Shown: one piece after another, positions 23,341-34,600 of the stretch
Numbering within the stretch: the first letter of the stretch is position 1
Layout of the letters: every line of letters begins with the position of its first letter
Assembly: GCA_040954595.2 (NCBI GenBank)
Contig: CM082596.2
Span: 10,716,354-10,780,353, forward strand
Direction of reading: 5' to 3'
Length of the DNA stretch: 64,000 bases
Origin: Balanoglossus misakiensis
Lineage: Eukaryota; Animalia; Hemichordata
Position numbers and translations under genes: made by a program
The notes under the pieces: generated by a model
Databases searched by the model: none
What the model saw: the letters and a program-made list of their open reading frames with translations, nothing else
Told to the model about the DNA's origin: nothing

Positions 23341-23706
23341 TATGCAGAAAGAATATCTAAGATAGGGAGAAAATTTGGGTTGGAAGGGACTGCTTTAAAA
23401 GATTATGTTAGAGAGGAACAAATTAGACAGAGGGATCTTAGGGCTACTGAGAGAGAGGAGCAGAGAGAAGATAATAGGCGGCACGAGGAACATGAGAGAG
23501 AGATACTGAAAATGCAAATTCACTTACAAGAATTAAAATTGAAAGGGGAAAATACAGAACAGCAGGTTACTGAAGATAATTTGGCCAAAGCGCGTGCTCC
23601 GAGACTACAGGGTTTTCGTGAGGATGTTGATGATATGGATGCGTACCTTCAACGTTTTCAGCGCTACGCCACTGCTCAGAAGTGGGAAAAAGATGACTGG
23701 GGGTGA
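23341..23706 (+). pseudogene. gag: Gag N-terminal fragment of the Gmr1-like element (frameshifted at ~23700)
   Basis: GLEGTALKDYVREEQ, a charged coiled-coil stretch, then PRLQGFREDVDDMDAYLQRFQRYATAQKWEKDDW, a typical Gypsy capsid N-terminal motif. The reading continues in another frame as LLQGK. Confidence 0.8.
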
Positions 23707-23719
23707 ATATCAGTGCATA

Positions 23720-26700
23720 TTGTTACAAGGTAAGGATGTATCCACATACAACCAAATGCCTGCAGCGTCTGCAAATAATTATGATGAATTGAAACCAGAG
23801 TTATTGAGGGCTTACCAGTTAAGTGAGGAGAGTTTTCATGACAAGTTCCGTTCGTGTATGCCACATTATGATGAAAGTGCTCAAAAGTTTATGGACCGTA
23901 TTGGTGACTATTTGGGCAGATGGGTAGAACTGGCTGGTACTCCAAAGACGTACAATGGGCTTACAGATCTGTTACTTCGAGAGCAGTTTATTGGAGTATG
24001 TTCCAGAGACATGGCAATGTTCATTAGAGAGCGACGGCCAGAGAATGTCCAAGAGATGGTATCTACTGCCTCAAAATACTTAGATGCCCCAGGGTGGTGG
24101 AAACTGCCAAGTAATGCCAAAAATAATCCAAGGAGCCAGCCGACAGCAAATACCAAGCCTGCTGTATATCCAAATCAAGTAAATAAGTTTAATAACAAAA
24201 CCAATGGTTCCCATGTTTTTAAAGGTACGTGCTTCGTATGTGGTAAAGGTGGTCATATGGCCAAAGATTGTAGAAGTAAGCCAAAGATGCATAAGACGGC
24301 GGTATTGTTAACTGAAGAAGATAGAAACTATCCACCTAAACAAGAATGTACACATTGGGGCAACCGTCAACAGCCCAGGGGACTAGACACTGGTTATGCA
24401 TGTATGGTGGTAGCAATGGAAATAGATAAAACAGATGCAACACTGAATAAGGAGTTCGTGTTACCATGTGGTCATAAGCTCCCAGTGATGAGTGCTGCTT
24501 GTAGTGCCCATGGAGTGAAGAAGATGCCGGTAATGAAGGGATTGGTCGATGGTAAGCTGGTTAGCGTTTTGCGTGATAGTGGGTGTAGTAGCGTGGTAGT
24601 TCGAAGAAGTCTGGTGTCAAGTAGTCAGCTGACTGGTGAGTACAGGACGTGTGTTCTGATAGATGGGACTATTAGAAGAGTACCTGTAGCCTCAATAAAT
24701 GTTGATACCCCTTACTTTGTTGGTGATGTTACTGCACTGTGCATGATGAACCCTGTGTATGATTTAATACTGGGCAACATTGATGGTGTATCTGACCCTT
24801 CGAATCCTGATACTACATGGCAGGAACCATTGCCGACATGTAGACTGTGTACAACTGTTGGACAGGTACCAGGTTTAGCAAATGCTGTGGAGACCAGAGC
24901 CCAGAAGATAGCCAACCAAAAACCAATCAGAGAGCTTAAAGTACCTAAAGCTGTTGGTGAAGTGGTGATGCCAGGGAAGCTTCAACAAGCTCAAGAAGAA
25001 GACTCCACTCTTGACAAACTACGTGAGAAGGCAATTTTGGGTGACGAGAAAGTGACTAGGAATGGAGGTAGGTTGAAGTTCATCATGAACGATGAGATCC
25101 TGTACAGAGAGTTCAATTCGCCAATGGTCCAATTTGGTGAAAAGCTGTTACATGTGGTGGTTCCCAGAGTGTATCGTAACCAGGTGATGAGACTAGCCCA
25201 TGAATCAGTGCTGGGTGGTCACCACGGAACTCACAAGACCACAGACAAGATCCTCAGCAACTTCGTTTGGCCTGGGCTAACATCAGATGTTTCCCGTTAC
25301 TGTCAGTCCTGTGATTCATGTCAACGGACACAACCAAAGGGACTGGTGACCAAGGTACCACTTGGAAGTATGCCACTAATAGATATCCCTTTCCTACGTA
25401 TTGCAGTAGACCTGGTTGGCCCTATTCATCCATGCACTGAACGCAAGAATAGGTACATACTTACTGTTGTTGATTATGCAACACGCTATCCGGAGGCTGT
25501 TGCATTGACTAACATTGATACCAAGACTGTTGCAGAGGCGCTCCTGGACATCTACTCAAGAGTGGGGTGTCCACGTGAAATTCTGACAGATCAAGGAACT
25601 CAATTTACATCAGATGTGATGCGTGAGGTCAGCCGGCTTTTGTCTATAAAGCAGATGACTACCACCCCATACCACCCAGCATTCAATGGTCTAGTGGAAC
25701 GGTTCAATGGTACATTGAAACTCATGCTCAGGAAGATGTGTGAGGAACGTCCAACATATTGGGATCGTTATCTGAATGCTTTACTATTTGCCTACAGAGA
25801 AACGCCTCAATCGAGCACAGGATTCTCTCCGTTTGAGTTACTTTATGGGAGGAGTGTGCGTGGTCCAATGGCTATCTTGAAAGAACTATGGACTGGAGAG
25901 ATCAGTGAACCAGAAACCAAAACGACTTATCAATACATCCTTGATCTTCAAAAGAAATTAAAGAAGGCATGCGATTTAGCAAGACAAGAACTGAAGATAT
26001 CACAAGGCAAATACAAGTCCTACTACAATAGAAAGGCCAAATGGAGGAAGTTCAACAAAGGTGACGAGGTGTTATTGCTACTACCTACTGACCATAATAA
26101 ACTACTTATGCACTGGAAGGGTCCTTTTCCAGTGGTGGAGAAAGCGAGCAATATGGATTACAAGATTGACTTTGGTCATAGGGTGAAAACATTCCATGCC
26201 AACCTGTTGAAGAGGTACTATCGAAGAACTGATCAGCTAGATGAAGTATCAGCTGGACTTCTTGAGATTGTGTGTGCATCTGTGATAGATGAGCAGAGTT
26301 ATGAATCTTCAGAAGTACAAGAGAACACAGGGGTTAAAGTAAACGATGACTTACTGCGGGTTCCTGCATTCAAGCAGAAAGAATTTGCTGCAGATGTGAA
26401 TGTATGTGACAACTTGTCAGACATACAGAAGCAAGTGGTGAGGAGGTTGCTGATCAATTACAAAGATATGTTAACTGATATTCGTGGTAACACCAACCTG
26501 GGTTTCCATGACATCAAGTTGATGGATCCAACACCAGTATGCAGTAGGCCATACCCCATCCCTCATGCACTCCGTGAAGCAGTGAAAGATGAAGTCAAAA
26601 CGATGATTAAGATGGGAGTAGCTGAACCTTCAGAGAGTCCATATGCTGTTCCACTGGTAATGGTGAAGAAATCTGATGGGACCAATCGTTGTTGTGTTGA

Positions 26701-26775
26701 CATGAGAAAGCTCGATCGCATAACAGTGTTTGATGCAGAGCCTACACCAGACCTGAGTGAGCTTTTTGCTTTTTG
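23720..26775 (+). pseudogene. pol: Gag-Pol: SCAN-like capsid C-terminus, CCHC knuckle, aspartic protease, integrase, start of RT
   Basis: ORF 23594-26803 contains YDELKPELLRAYQLSEESFHDKFR...LLREQFI...FIRER (SCAN-like), CFVCGKGGHMAKDC (~24229) and LRDSGCS (~24570). Integrase motifs: HESVLGGHHG...CDSC, IAVDLVGP, TDQG, VERFN, WKGPF. RT start: RPYPIP...PLVMVKKSDGTNRCCVDMRKL. Confidence 0.95.
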
Positions 26776-27150
26776 CTTAAGGATCACTATTTCACTAAAG
26801 TAGATCTCAGCAAAGAATATTGGCAAGTCCCGTTGACTGATAATTCTAAACAATTGACGGCATTTATCACGCATGATGGGCTATACCAATTTATCAAAAT
26901 GCCTTTCGGACTTGTAAATAGTGCTGCGACTTTTAGCAGAATTATGAGAAGATTGTTAAGATATATGAAGAACGTAGACAACTATATCGATCACATACTG
27001 ATCCACACTGCATCATGGGAAGAACATATCAAGACAATTACAGATTTGACGAGCAGACTACGAAAGGCAAAGTTAACAGCGAGACCAACTAAGTGTTATG
27101 TGGGTTATGAGCAGATCGATTTCCTGGGTCATGTGGTTGGTCATGGTGAA
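26773..27150 (+). pseudogene. pol: Reverse transcriptase core fragment: frameshifted, YIDD changed to YIDH, truncated with no RNase H
   Basis: YFTKVDLSKEYWQVPL...TAFITHDGLYQFIKMPFGLVNSAATF...NYIDHILI...PTKC...FLGHVVG. Homology stops at ~27150. Confidence 0.93.
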
Positions 27151-27332
27151 CTAGTCCTGTTTCAAAATGACCTACATTACAGGTCCTATGCACACGTATT
27201 ACATGTTCTGATTGGTTTATCCACTTCTCTAAGGTCCACTTGCGGCTCGCTGATTGGAGGGACCTTATGTGTTAGGTCTTATTACTATGTATTATTCACC
27301 AGACCTTGTAGGTTAGGTTCTTATTACAATGC

Positions 27333-28734
27333 ATTTGCTACAAAATGTGCCATTTTAGTTAATTAGACCCCTGCGAAGGTTAGCCCCCTAGCGGTCACTT
27401 CACTCTTTGGGGATCTCTGCACACGTGACTCACTTCTCTTCTGTAGCCGTACGTGTTAGGTCGTTCTAGCGACCTGGTCTTGTTTTTCAAGTTCCCCCTT
27501 CATCGAACCGCACATAATAGCCTGGAGAAATAGACATGGCAGCAGCACCATCGGATTCTCAATTCACAGACATCGAAAGCGAGACACATCACGAAGTCGA
27601 GTCCGTCTCCATCCCCAGCAAACCGACACTGCGCAAAAGCAGGCGGGACTCTACACTACGGGCAGTTCGACCAAAGCCATCTTCCGCTAGACGAGCACAA
27701 CCCCGAGCAAGCCAAAATGTCCAAAGACAGCTGGATTCCGTCACAGACCAGGTCAAGGACATTTCGCATCAGATCGCCAGCGTGATGAAAATCGTCACGC
27801 GCCTGTCAGTGTCACAGGGCATGGTCGGTTTTTCTTGCCCCCCGTTGGCAGTTCCACTTCATTCGTAAGGTATACAAAGATACCTTCAACCAAGTGCCAG
27901 TCAGTGTCACAGCACATGGTCTAATTAGCAGCGCAACCATGAGTCGCTCGTCTTCATCAGCATGAGTTTGTTGAACTTTTTGGACACTTGTCCTTTCCTT
28001 TGCATCTTGTGGGCGTTGACTTTTCAACAGTTCCACTTCAATGTAATTTCATCAAGTTCTTTTACACTTGATCTGTTATTTTCGATTTAGAAAATTTCAT
28101 TTTCTTTTCAGTTTTTCAATTTCACATGACCTTTTTGTAGGTTCAAATGTCACATTTCTGCAGCTGTTTTGTCTGATTTTTCCAATACCTTTTGCCTTTC
28201 CTTTATTCTTTTTTTTTTAATTTATTCTTCTTTATTTTTGATCTATTATTTCTTAGTTCATTTAAATTTTACTTTCTGGCGGTAACTTTCTGCTTGGCGG
28301 AGTCTTATTAAAGTACTTCCATTGTTACCACCAGAAAGTTGTCTTTGTACCTTTATTCATATCAGGGAGAGCAGTGGGTGGAATTTGCTACAAAATGTGC
28401 CATTTTAGTTAATTAGACCCCTGCGAAGGTTAGCCCCCTAGCGGTCACTTCACTCTTTGGGGATCTCTGCGCACGTGACTCACTTCTCTTCTGTAGCCGT
28501 ACGTGTTAGGTCGTTCTAGCGACCTGGTCTTGTTTTTCACCCACCCACCACTCCCATTAATTTTTGTGAGTTCTTGCCTCCTTTATTATTTCAGATTTAC
28601 GTTTTCATTTGTTTCTGTTCAACCATTATTGTATTGCTAGTATTGGCGGAGTCTTATTAAAGTACTTCCATTGTTACCACCAGAGAGTTGTCTTTGTACC
28701 TTTATTCATATCAGGGAGAGCAGTGGGTGGAATT
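27333..28734 (+). mobile_element. Non-autonomous split-direct-repeat element (PAT/Ngaro/TOC1-type tyrosine-recombinase retrotransposon derivative), 1402 bp
   Basis: A1 27333-27489 matches A2 28383-28539 (157 bp, one mismatch seen). B1 28294-28385 matches B2 28643-28734 (92 bp, one mismatch seen). Order is A1-internal-B1A2-spacer-B2, with ATT at the left end, the B1/A2 junction and the right end. Confidence 0.8.
27536..27868 (+). CDS. 110-aa ORF, possible truncated gag-like ORF1 of the split-direct-repeat element
   Basis: ATG start 47 bp after A1. Acidic/Ser N-terminus, basic middle and a short heptad-like stretch (VQRQLDSVTDQVKDISHQIASVMKIV). No diagnostic motif. Confidence 0.4.
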   Translation: MAAAPSDSQFTDIESETHHEVESVSIPSKPTLRKSRRDSTLRAVRPKPSSARRAQPRASQNVQRQLDSVTDQVKDISHQIASVMKIVTRLSVSQGMVGFSCPPLAVPLHS

Positions 28735-29891
28735 ATTCACTTTACAGCTCCCTGATTGGTTAATGTGTAGGTCTGGTCCTCCAGTGTTCACTGCCTCATT
28801 ATGCAGGACCTTGTAGGTTAGGTCTTATTAATATGTATTTATTCACCATACAGCTCCCTGATTGGTTAACGTGTCAGTCTGGTCCCCCCAGTGTTCACTG
28901 CCTCATTGTGAAATGTCCCATGTGCTTCCTGGCTAGCGTTGTGGTAACATATTATTCGGGGTGTCCGCAGATCGTTCATTGATTTTCTGAGAAATAGCCT
29001 AACTGATACTATCTCCAACATAAACCGCACCCTGGAAAGATTAAATGATCTTTTAGGTGGACTTTGAAAATCTGATTAACTCATCTAAGCATTTTAGCTA
29101 AGTTGTATATTTTTTAATTATAATCATACAAAATACTTAAAAAATAAAAACAATGTTCAGTTTTAATACCCACTGATGAGGGGAAACATCAGTTTCAAAT
29201 TCTTTTCATGGGAGCGCTTGAGCAGAGTTATGAGTTTTGCTCTGTGAAAGAAAATGGGGGATTTCAAAATTTTGGCAGTTCGGAAGGGGGATTTCAAAAT
29301 ATTTCGGGTTGTGAAAGGGGGGGGCATGTGAAAATTAGCGGTAAAAGATGAATTCCCCCCCCCCTCCAGAGGTGTTTGTGAATGCAGCCTAAGAAAGAAA
29401 AATGTGAAATGGGTCAAATATGGGCCGGACGTGCCCATTCAACTCAATTTACTTTTGTTTGCTTTAAGTAGGAATTGATCACAGCTATATTTATTTTGGA
29501 CACCTGAGCGACAAGAAAACAATCTGATTCTACATTTTAAAAAGCGTCATTGGAAAAGCACTGCAATTTTGTTTCTTGCTTTAAAAAAGTTTGGGGTGGC
29601 ATGTAATAATTAAGGTGTGTCTAAATTACTAATTTGGTGCACCTCAAAGCCCTTAGCCAATGTAAATTATATCCTGCATTGTATTCATGAAGGATATCCT
29701 CCCGCGAGGTCAATGCCATTCAATGTCAAACAGTCTCAACAAAGACCATTGGACACTCATAGCCGTTTTGTATGAAAGTGACTGGAGTACGAGATGAGTT
29801 TCATGACAACAACAAATCATGCTCAGTCTCGCTGCAGGGTCTATAATTTCAATAACGGCTAGACGCTGGACACTATCTTAGGTAACACTTT

Positions 29892-29947
29892 AGGGTCATA
29901 GTGCTGGAACGACATGTTTAAACAGGTCGTTCCGGCACTCTGACCCT
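29892..29947. repeat. 56-bp palindrome followed by GTCGTTWCAGCCC repeats
   Basis: AGGGTCAtAGTGCtGGAACGACaTGTTT|AAACAgGTCGTTCCgGCACTcTGACCCT: 28-bp arms, three mismatches, no spacer. Confidence 0.8.
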
Positions 29948-30441
29948 TTCGGCCCCAGTCGTTTCAGCCCCCATTTTCCACGACCCAAGTCGTTACAGCC
30001 CGGACAGTAACACCCCAAACATTTCAACACTTATCAGGGAAGACCTTAGCCCAACTATTAAAACTTGGCTTGAACCTACTTAAGTTCTCCGCATGAAATA
30101 TGAGCGAGCGTTGTCAGAGGACGACAGCTACGCACACTTTGGGCATGACCGAATCAAACAGAATTGAATATTCTATATTCGGAAAAAACACCTTATCTCC
30201 GTTTTGCCGTTGACAACCCGATTTCTGTCATGACAGTTACTCCCGGGGACTGTGACAGACCATATACAGACAGTAGAGGCCGCGCGCTGGGGGTCTACAC
30301 AAGTCACTACAGCTGATGTAAGCAAGTACAACATGCTTTGCTTGCAGGAATGTTCCATTTTCAATAGAGGGGTGTGTATATTCAGAGGGAATGTCAGTCG
30401 GGGCCCTGGCTGGCAACATGCGGCGTATATATTGACAATCT

Positions 30442-31369
30442 TAGCCGGGAGACCAGGGCGTCGATCTAAAATACAACGCTCGGGGACAGTCGAGCAAGTC
30501 CTGCTGAGCTGAAAGATAGTAGTCTTGGCAACGATCGAGGTCGCTTAGTAACAAATGGATAACGAGTGATCTATCAAATGTTGACGGGCGCCAGTGGTTG
30601 GATGATATAATTAAAGGCACGTAAGCTGTAACTGGATAAAAAATTAAAGTTTTAAATAATCTCATATATGCTTTTAATTATGTCTATTAAATGCTATTTC
30701 ATGATAATATATCAAGCTCGACACTTATTTATGACAAAATGGCCAAAAATTAAAGAAAAACGAAAATTCCTGCAATTTTAAAAAAAGCGCAATATTGCAA
30801 TGAAAAATGAAAATCTGATGTCTCAGTGGTGTACATTTACTTCCATGAGCTCAAGTGGATGAGATCATGTTTTGTTTATGAAGTTTCACAACCGGAAATG
30901 CAACATTTTCATTGTTTCTTGCATTTTCCCACGGTGGCGGCCATAATCGCTTGCGGCAAAGCTTTATTATTTATCTGGTTAAAACTTGCATATGCACTCA
31001 TACTTAGGGTTTATAATGCTTGTGTATTGTTCACTACCTTCATCTGCATGGACTAATGGTAGTGCAGTTTGAAACAAAAATTATGAAAATTATCCCAAAA
31101 GTTACACCTTACGTGCCTTTAACAAAGCTTGGTTATGAATATTCATACACCTTCAAAACCACTCCCACATCCCATCGCGGGAATTTCACACATGACTCCA
31201 CCTCTATTTCCTTATTTAGAAGGCGACGATGTCATGTGGTTAACATTGAGTGACCAATTAGCTTACACGCAAGATTTACCACACGTGTCGTTCTACGAAC
31301 AGAATTCTGTTCGTAAATAGAGACTGTCCCCGGGCGTTTCTTTTCCCCGACGCCCTGGTCTCCAGGCTA
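30442..31369. mobile_element. Non-autonomous TIR DNA transposon with TAG...CTA termini and a 9-bp TSD
   Basis: Left TAGCCGGGAGACCAGGGCGTCG...AACGCTCGGGGACAGTC; right GACTGTCCCCGGGCGTT...CGACGCCCTGGTCTCCAGGCTA (~50-bp imperfect TIR). TSD TGACAATCT at 30433-30441 and 31370-31378. Confidence 0.9.
30615..31118. mobile_element. 504-bp MITE with TTAA TSD (Kolobok/T2-like), nested in the 9-bp-TSD element
   Basis: TTAA-AGGCACGTAAGCTGTAACT...AGTTACACCTTACGTGCCT-TTAA: 19-bp TIR with one mismatch, TSD at 30611-30614 and 31119-31122. Confidence 0.9.
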
Positions 31370-31690
31370 TGACAATCTCGCTGATAGGCGCAGCTGGAAT
31401 TTATGTTTCTGTGGTATGATTATTGTATTTTATCAATGCACAATCACGATGGGCGAGTTTCAAGCAAGCAATTTGATTCGCTTCAATCCCTCACTAAAAT
31501 CTAGACTGCACCACTGTATAATAACACAATACAGTCTTCTAGCCTCATGGTATAAACAGGAACTCTTGTCTGCTGGACATCCGGGTACTTTGGTCTACTG
31601 AGTGAACGCGTTACGTATAGAGGTAGCGCAAAGTGAAAACCTATTTCAGGCAGCCACAACAATCAGTGTTGACGTACATACAATCTGACT

Positions 31691-34600
31691 AAAATTTCTA
31701 CTTTCGCAAAGTAGAAAATTTTTTATTTTTGGACGATTTTCGTGAGCCGTGACCCTGATTTTTTTTCAAAAAATACAGAAATTTTGAACTTTCGCAAATT
31801 CGAAAAATTGTCATTTTTGGACGATTTTCGTGCGCCGTGACCCATGATTTTTTTCAAAAAACGCAGAAATTTTGAATTTTCGCAAAGTAGAAAAATTGTC
31901 ATTTTTGGAAGATTTTCGTGAGCCGTAACCCATGATTTTTTTCAAAAAATGCAGAAATTTTGAACTTTTGCAAAGTCGAAAAATTGGCATTTTAAGACGA
32001 TTTTCGTGAGCTGTAACCCATGATTTTTTTCAAAAAAAGCAGAAATTTTGAACTTTTGCAAAGTCGAAAAATTGTCATTTTTGGACGATTTTCATGAGAC
32101 GTAACCCATGATTTTTTTCAAAAAATGCAGAAATTTTCAAATTTCGCAAAGTCGAAAAATTTTAATTTTTAGACGATTTTCGTGAGCCGTAACCCATGAT
32201 TTTTTTCAAAAAAAGCAGAAATTTTTAACTTTTGCAAAGTCGAAAAATTGTCATTTTTGGACGATTTTCGTGAGCCGTAACCCATGATTTTTTTCAAAAA
32301 TGCAGAAATTTAGAACTTTCGCAAAGTAGAAAAATTGTCATTTTTGGACGATTTTCGTGAGCCGTAACCCTGATTTTTTTCAAAAAAAGCAGAAATTTTC
32401 AAATTTCGCAAAGTCGAAAAATTGTAATTTTTGACGATTTTCGTGAGCCGTAACCCATGATTTTTTTCAAAAAAAGCAGAAATTTTTAACTTTTGCAAAG
32501 TCGAAAAATTGTCATTTTTGGACGATTTTCGTGAGCCGTAACCCATGATTTTTTTCAAAAAATGCAGAAATTTTGAAATTTTGCAAAGTCAAAAAATTGT
32601 CATTTTTGGACGATTTTCGTGAGCCGTAACCCTGATTTTTTTCAAAAAATGCTGAAATTTTGAACTTTCGCAAAGTCGAAAAATTGTCATTTTTGGACGA
32701 TTTTCGTGAGACGTGACCCATGATTTTTTTCAAAAAATGCTGAAATTTTGAACTTTCGCAAAGTCGAACAATTGTCATTTTTGGACGATTTTCGTGAGCC
32801 GTGACCCATGATTTTTTTCAAAAAATGCAGAAATTTAGAACTTTTGCAAAGTAGAAAAATAGGCATTTTTGGACGATATTCGTGAGCCGTAACGCATGAT
32901 TTTTTTCAAAAATGCAGAAATTTTGAAATTTTGCAAAGTCGAAAAATTGTCATTTTTGGACGATTTTCGTGCGCCGTGACCCATGATTTTTTTCAAAAAA
33001 TGCAGAAATTTTGAATTTTCGCAAAGTAGAAAAATTGTCATTTTTGGAAGATTTTCGTGAGCCGTAACCCATGATTTTTTTCAAAAAATGCAGAAATTTT
33101 GAACTTTTGCAAAGTCGAAAAATTGGCATTTTTGGACGATTTTCGTGAGCCGTAACCCATGATTTTTTTCAAAAAAAGCAGAAATTTTGAACTTTCGCAA
33201 AGTAGAAAATTTTTTATTTTTGGACGATTTTCGTGAGCCGTGACCCTGATTTTTTACAAAAAATGCAGAAATTTTGAACTTTCGCAAAGTTGAAAAATTT
33301 TTATTTTTGGACGATTTTCGTGAGCCGTGACCCTGATTTTTTTTCAAAAAATACAGAAATTTTGAACTTTCGCAAAGTCGAAAAATTGTCATTTTTGGGC
33401 GATTTTCGTGCGCCGTAACCCTGGATTTTTTTCTAAAAATGCAGAAATTTAGAACTTTCGCAAAGTAGAAAAATTGTCATTTTTGGACGATTTTCGTGAG
33501 CCGTAACCCTGATTTTTTTCAAAAAAAGCAGAAATTTTCAAATTTCGCAAAGTCGAAAAATTGTAATTTTTGGACGATTTTCGTGAGCCGTAACCCATGA
33601 TTTTTTTCAAAAAAAGCAGAAATTTTTAACTTTTGCAAAGTCGAAAAATTGTCATTTTTGGACGATTTTCGTGAGCCGTAACCCATGATTTTTTTCAAAA
33701 CATGCAGAAATTTTGAAATTTTGCAAAGTCGAAAAATTGTCATTTTTGCACGATTTTCGTGAGCCGTAACCCTGATTTTTTTCAAAAAATGCTGAAATTT
33801 TGAACTTTCGCAAAGTCGAAAAATTGTCATTTTTGGACGATTTTCATGAGACGTAACCCATGATTTTTTTCAAAAAATGCAGAAATTTTCAAATTTCGCA
33901 AAGTCGAAAAATTTTAATTTTTAGACTATTTTCGTGAGCCGTAACCCATGATTTTTTTCAAAAAAAGCAGAAATTTTTAACTTTCGCAAAGTAGAAAAAT
34001 TGTCATGTTTGGACGATTTTCGTGAGCCGTAACCCTGATTTTTTTCAAAAAAAGCAGAAATTTTCAAATTTCGCAAAGTCGAAAAATTGTCATTTTTGGA
34101 CGATTTTCGTGAGCCGTAACCCTGATTTTTTTTTCAAAAAATGCTGAAATTTTGAACTTTCGCAAAGTCGAAAAATTGTCATTTTTGGACGATTTTCGTG
34201 AGCCGTGACCCATGATTTTTTTCAAAAAATGCTGAAATTTTGAACTTTCGCAAAGTCGAACAATTGTCATTTTTGTACGATTTTCGTGAGCCGTGACCCA
34301 TGATTTTTTTCAAAAAATGCAGTAATTTAGAACTTTTGCAAAGTAGAAAAATTGGCATTTTTGGACGATTTTCGTGAGCCGTGACCCATGATTTTTTTAA
34401 AAAAATGCTGAAATTTTGAACTTTCGCAAAGTCGAATAATTGTCAATTTTGGACTATTTTCGTGAGCCGTGACCCATGATTTTTTTCAAAAAATGCAGAA
34501 ATTTTGAACTTTTGCAAAGTCGAAAAATAGGCATTTTTGGACGATTTTCGTGAGCCGTAACGCATGATTTTTTTCAAAAATGCAGAAATTTTGAAATTTT

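Larger units (their letters stand above)
27258..28910 (+). repeat. Short ~113-bp tandem repeat (27258-27332 plus 28735-28910), the target of the split-direct-repeat element
   Basis: GACCTTGTAGGTTAGGT(T)CTTATTA occurs at 27302 and 28807. TACAGCTCCCTGATTGGTTAA.GTGT...GTCTGGTCC.CCAGTGTTCACTGCCTCATT occurs at ~28743 and ~28848. Confidence 0.75.

Noticed and set aside
27151-27366. C-terminal part of ORF 26773-27366 as RT/RNase H
   Set aside because: After FLGHVVGHGE the ORF reads through unrelated repeat DNA.
27333-28539. A1/A2 as LTRs of a TRIM, or as the 3' LTR of the Gmr1-like element
   Set aside because: There is no similarity to the sequence upstream of the PBS, no PBS after A1 and no TSD after A2. 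The extra B1/B2 pair and triple ATT are explained only by a split-direct-repeat structure.
29230-29392. Possible MITE right end (...GTGTTTGTGAATGCAGCC-TAA, with GGGGGATTTCAAAAT repeats)
   Set aside because: No matching left TIR or TSD was found in the window, so it cannot be delimited.
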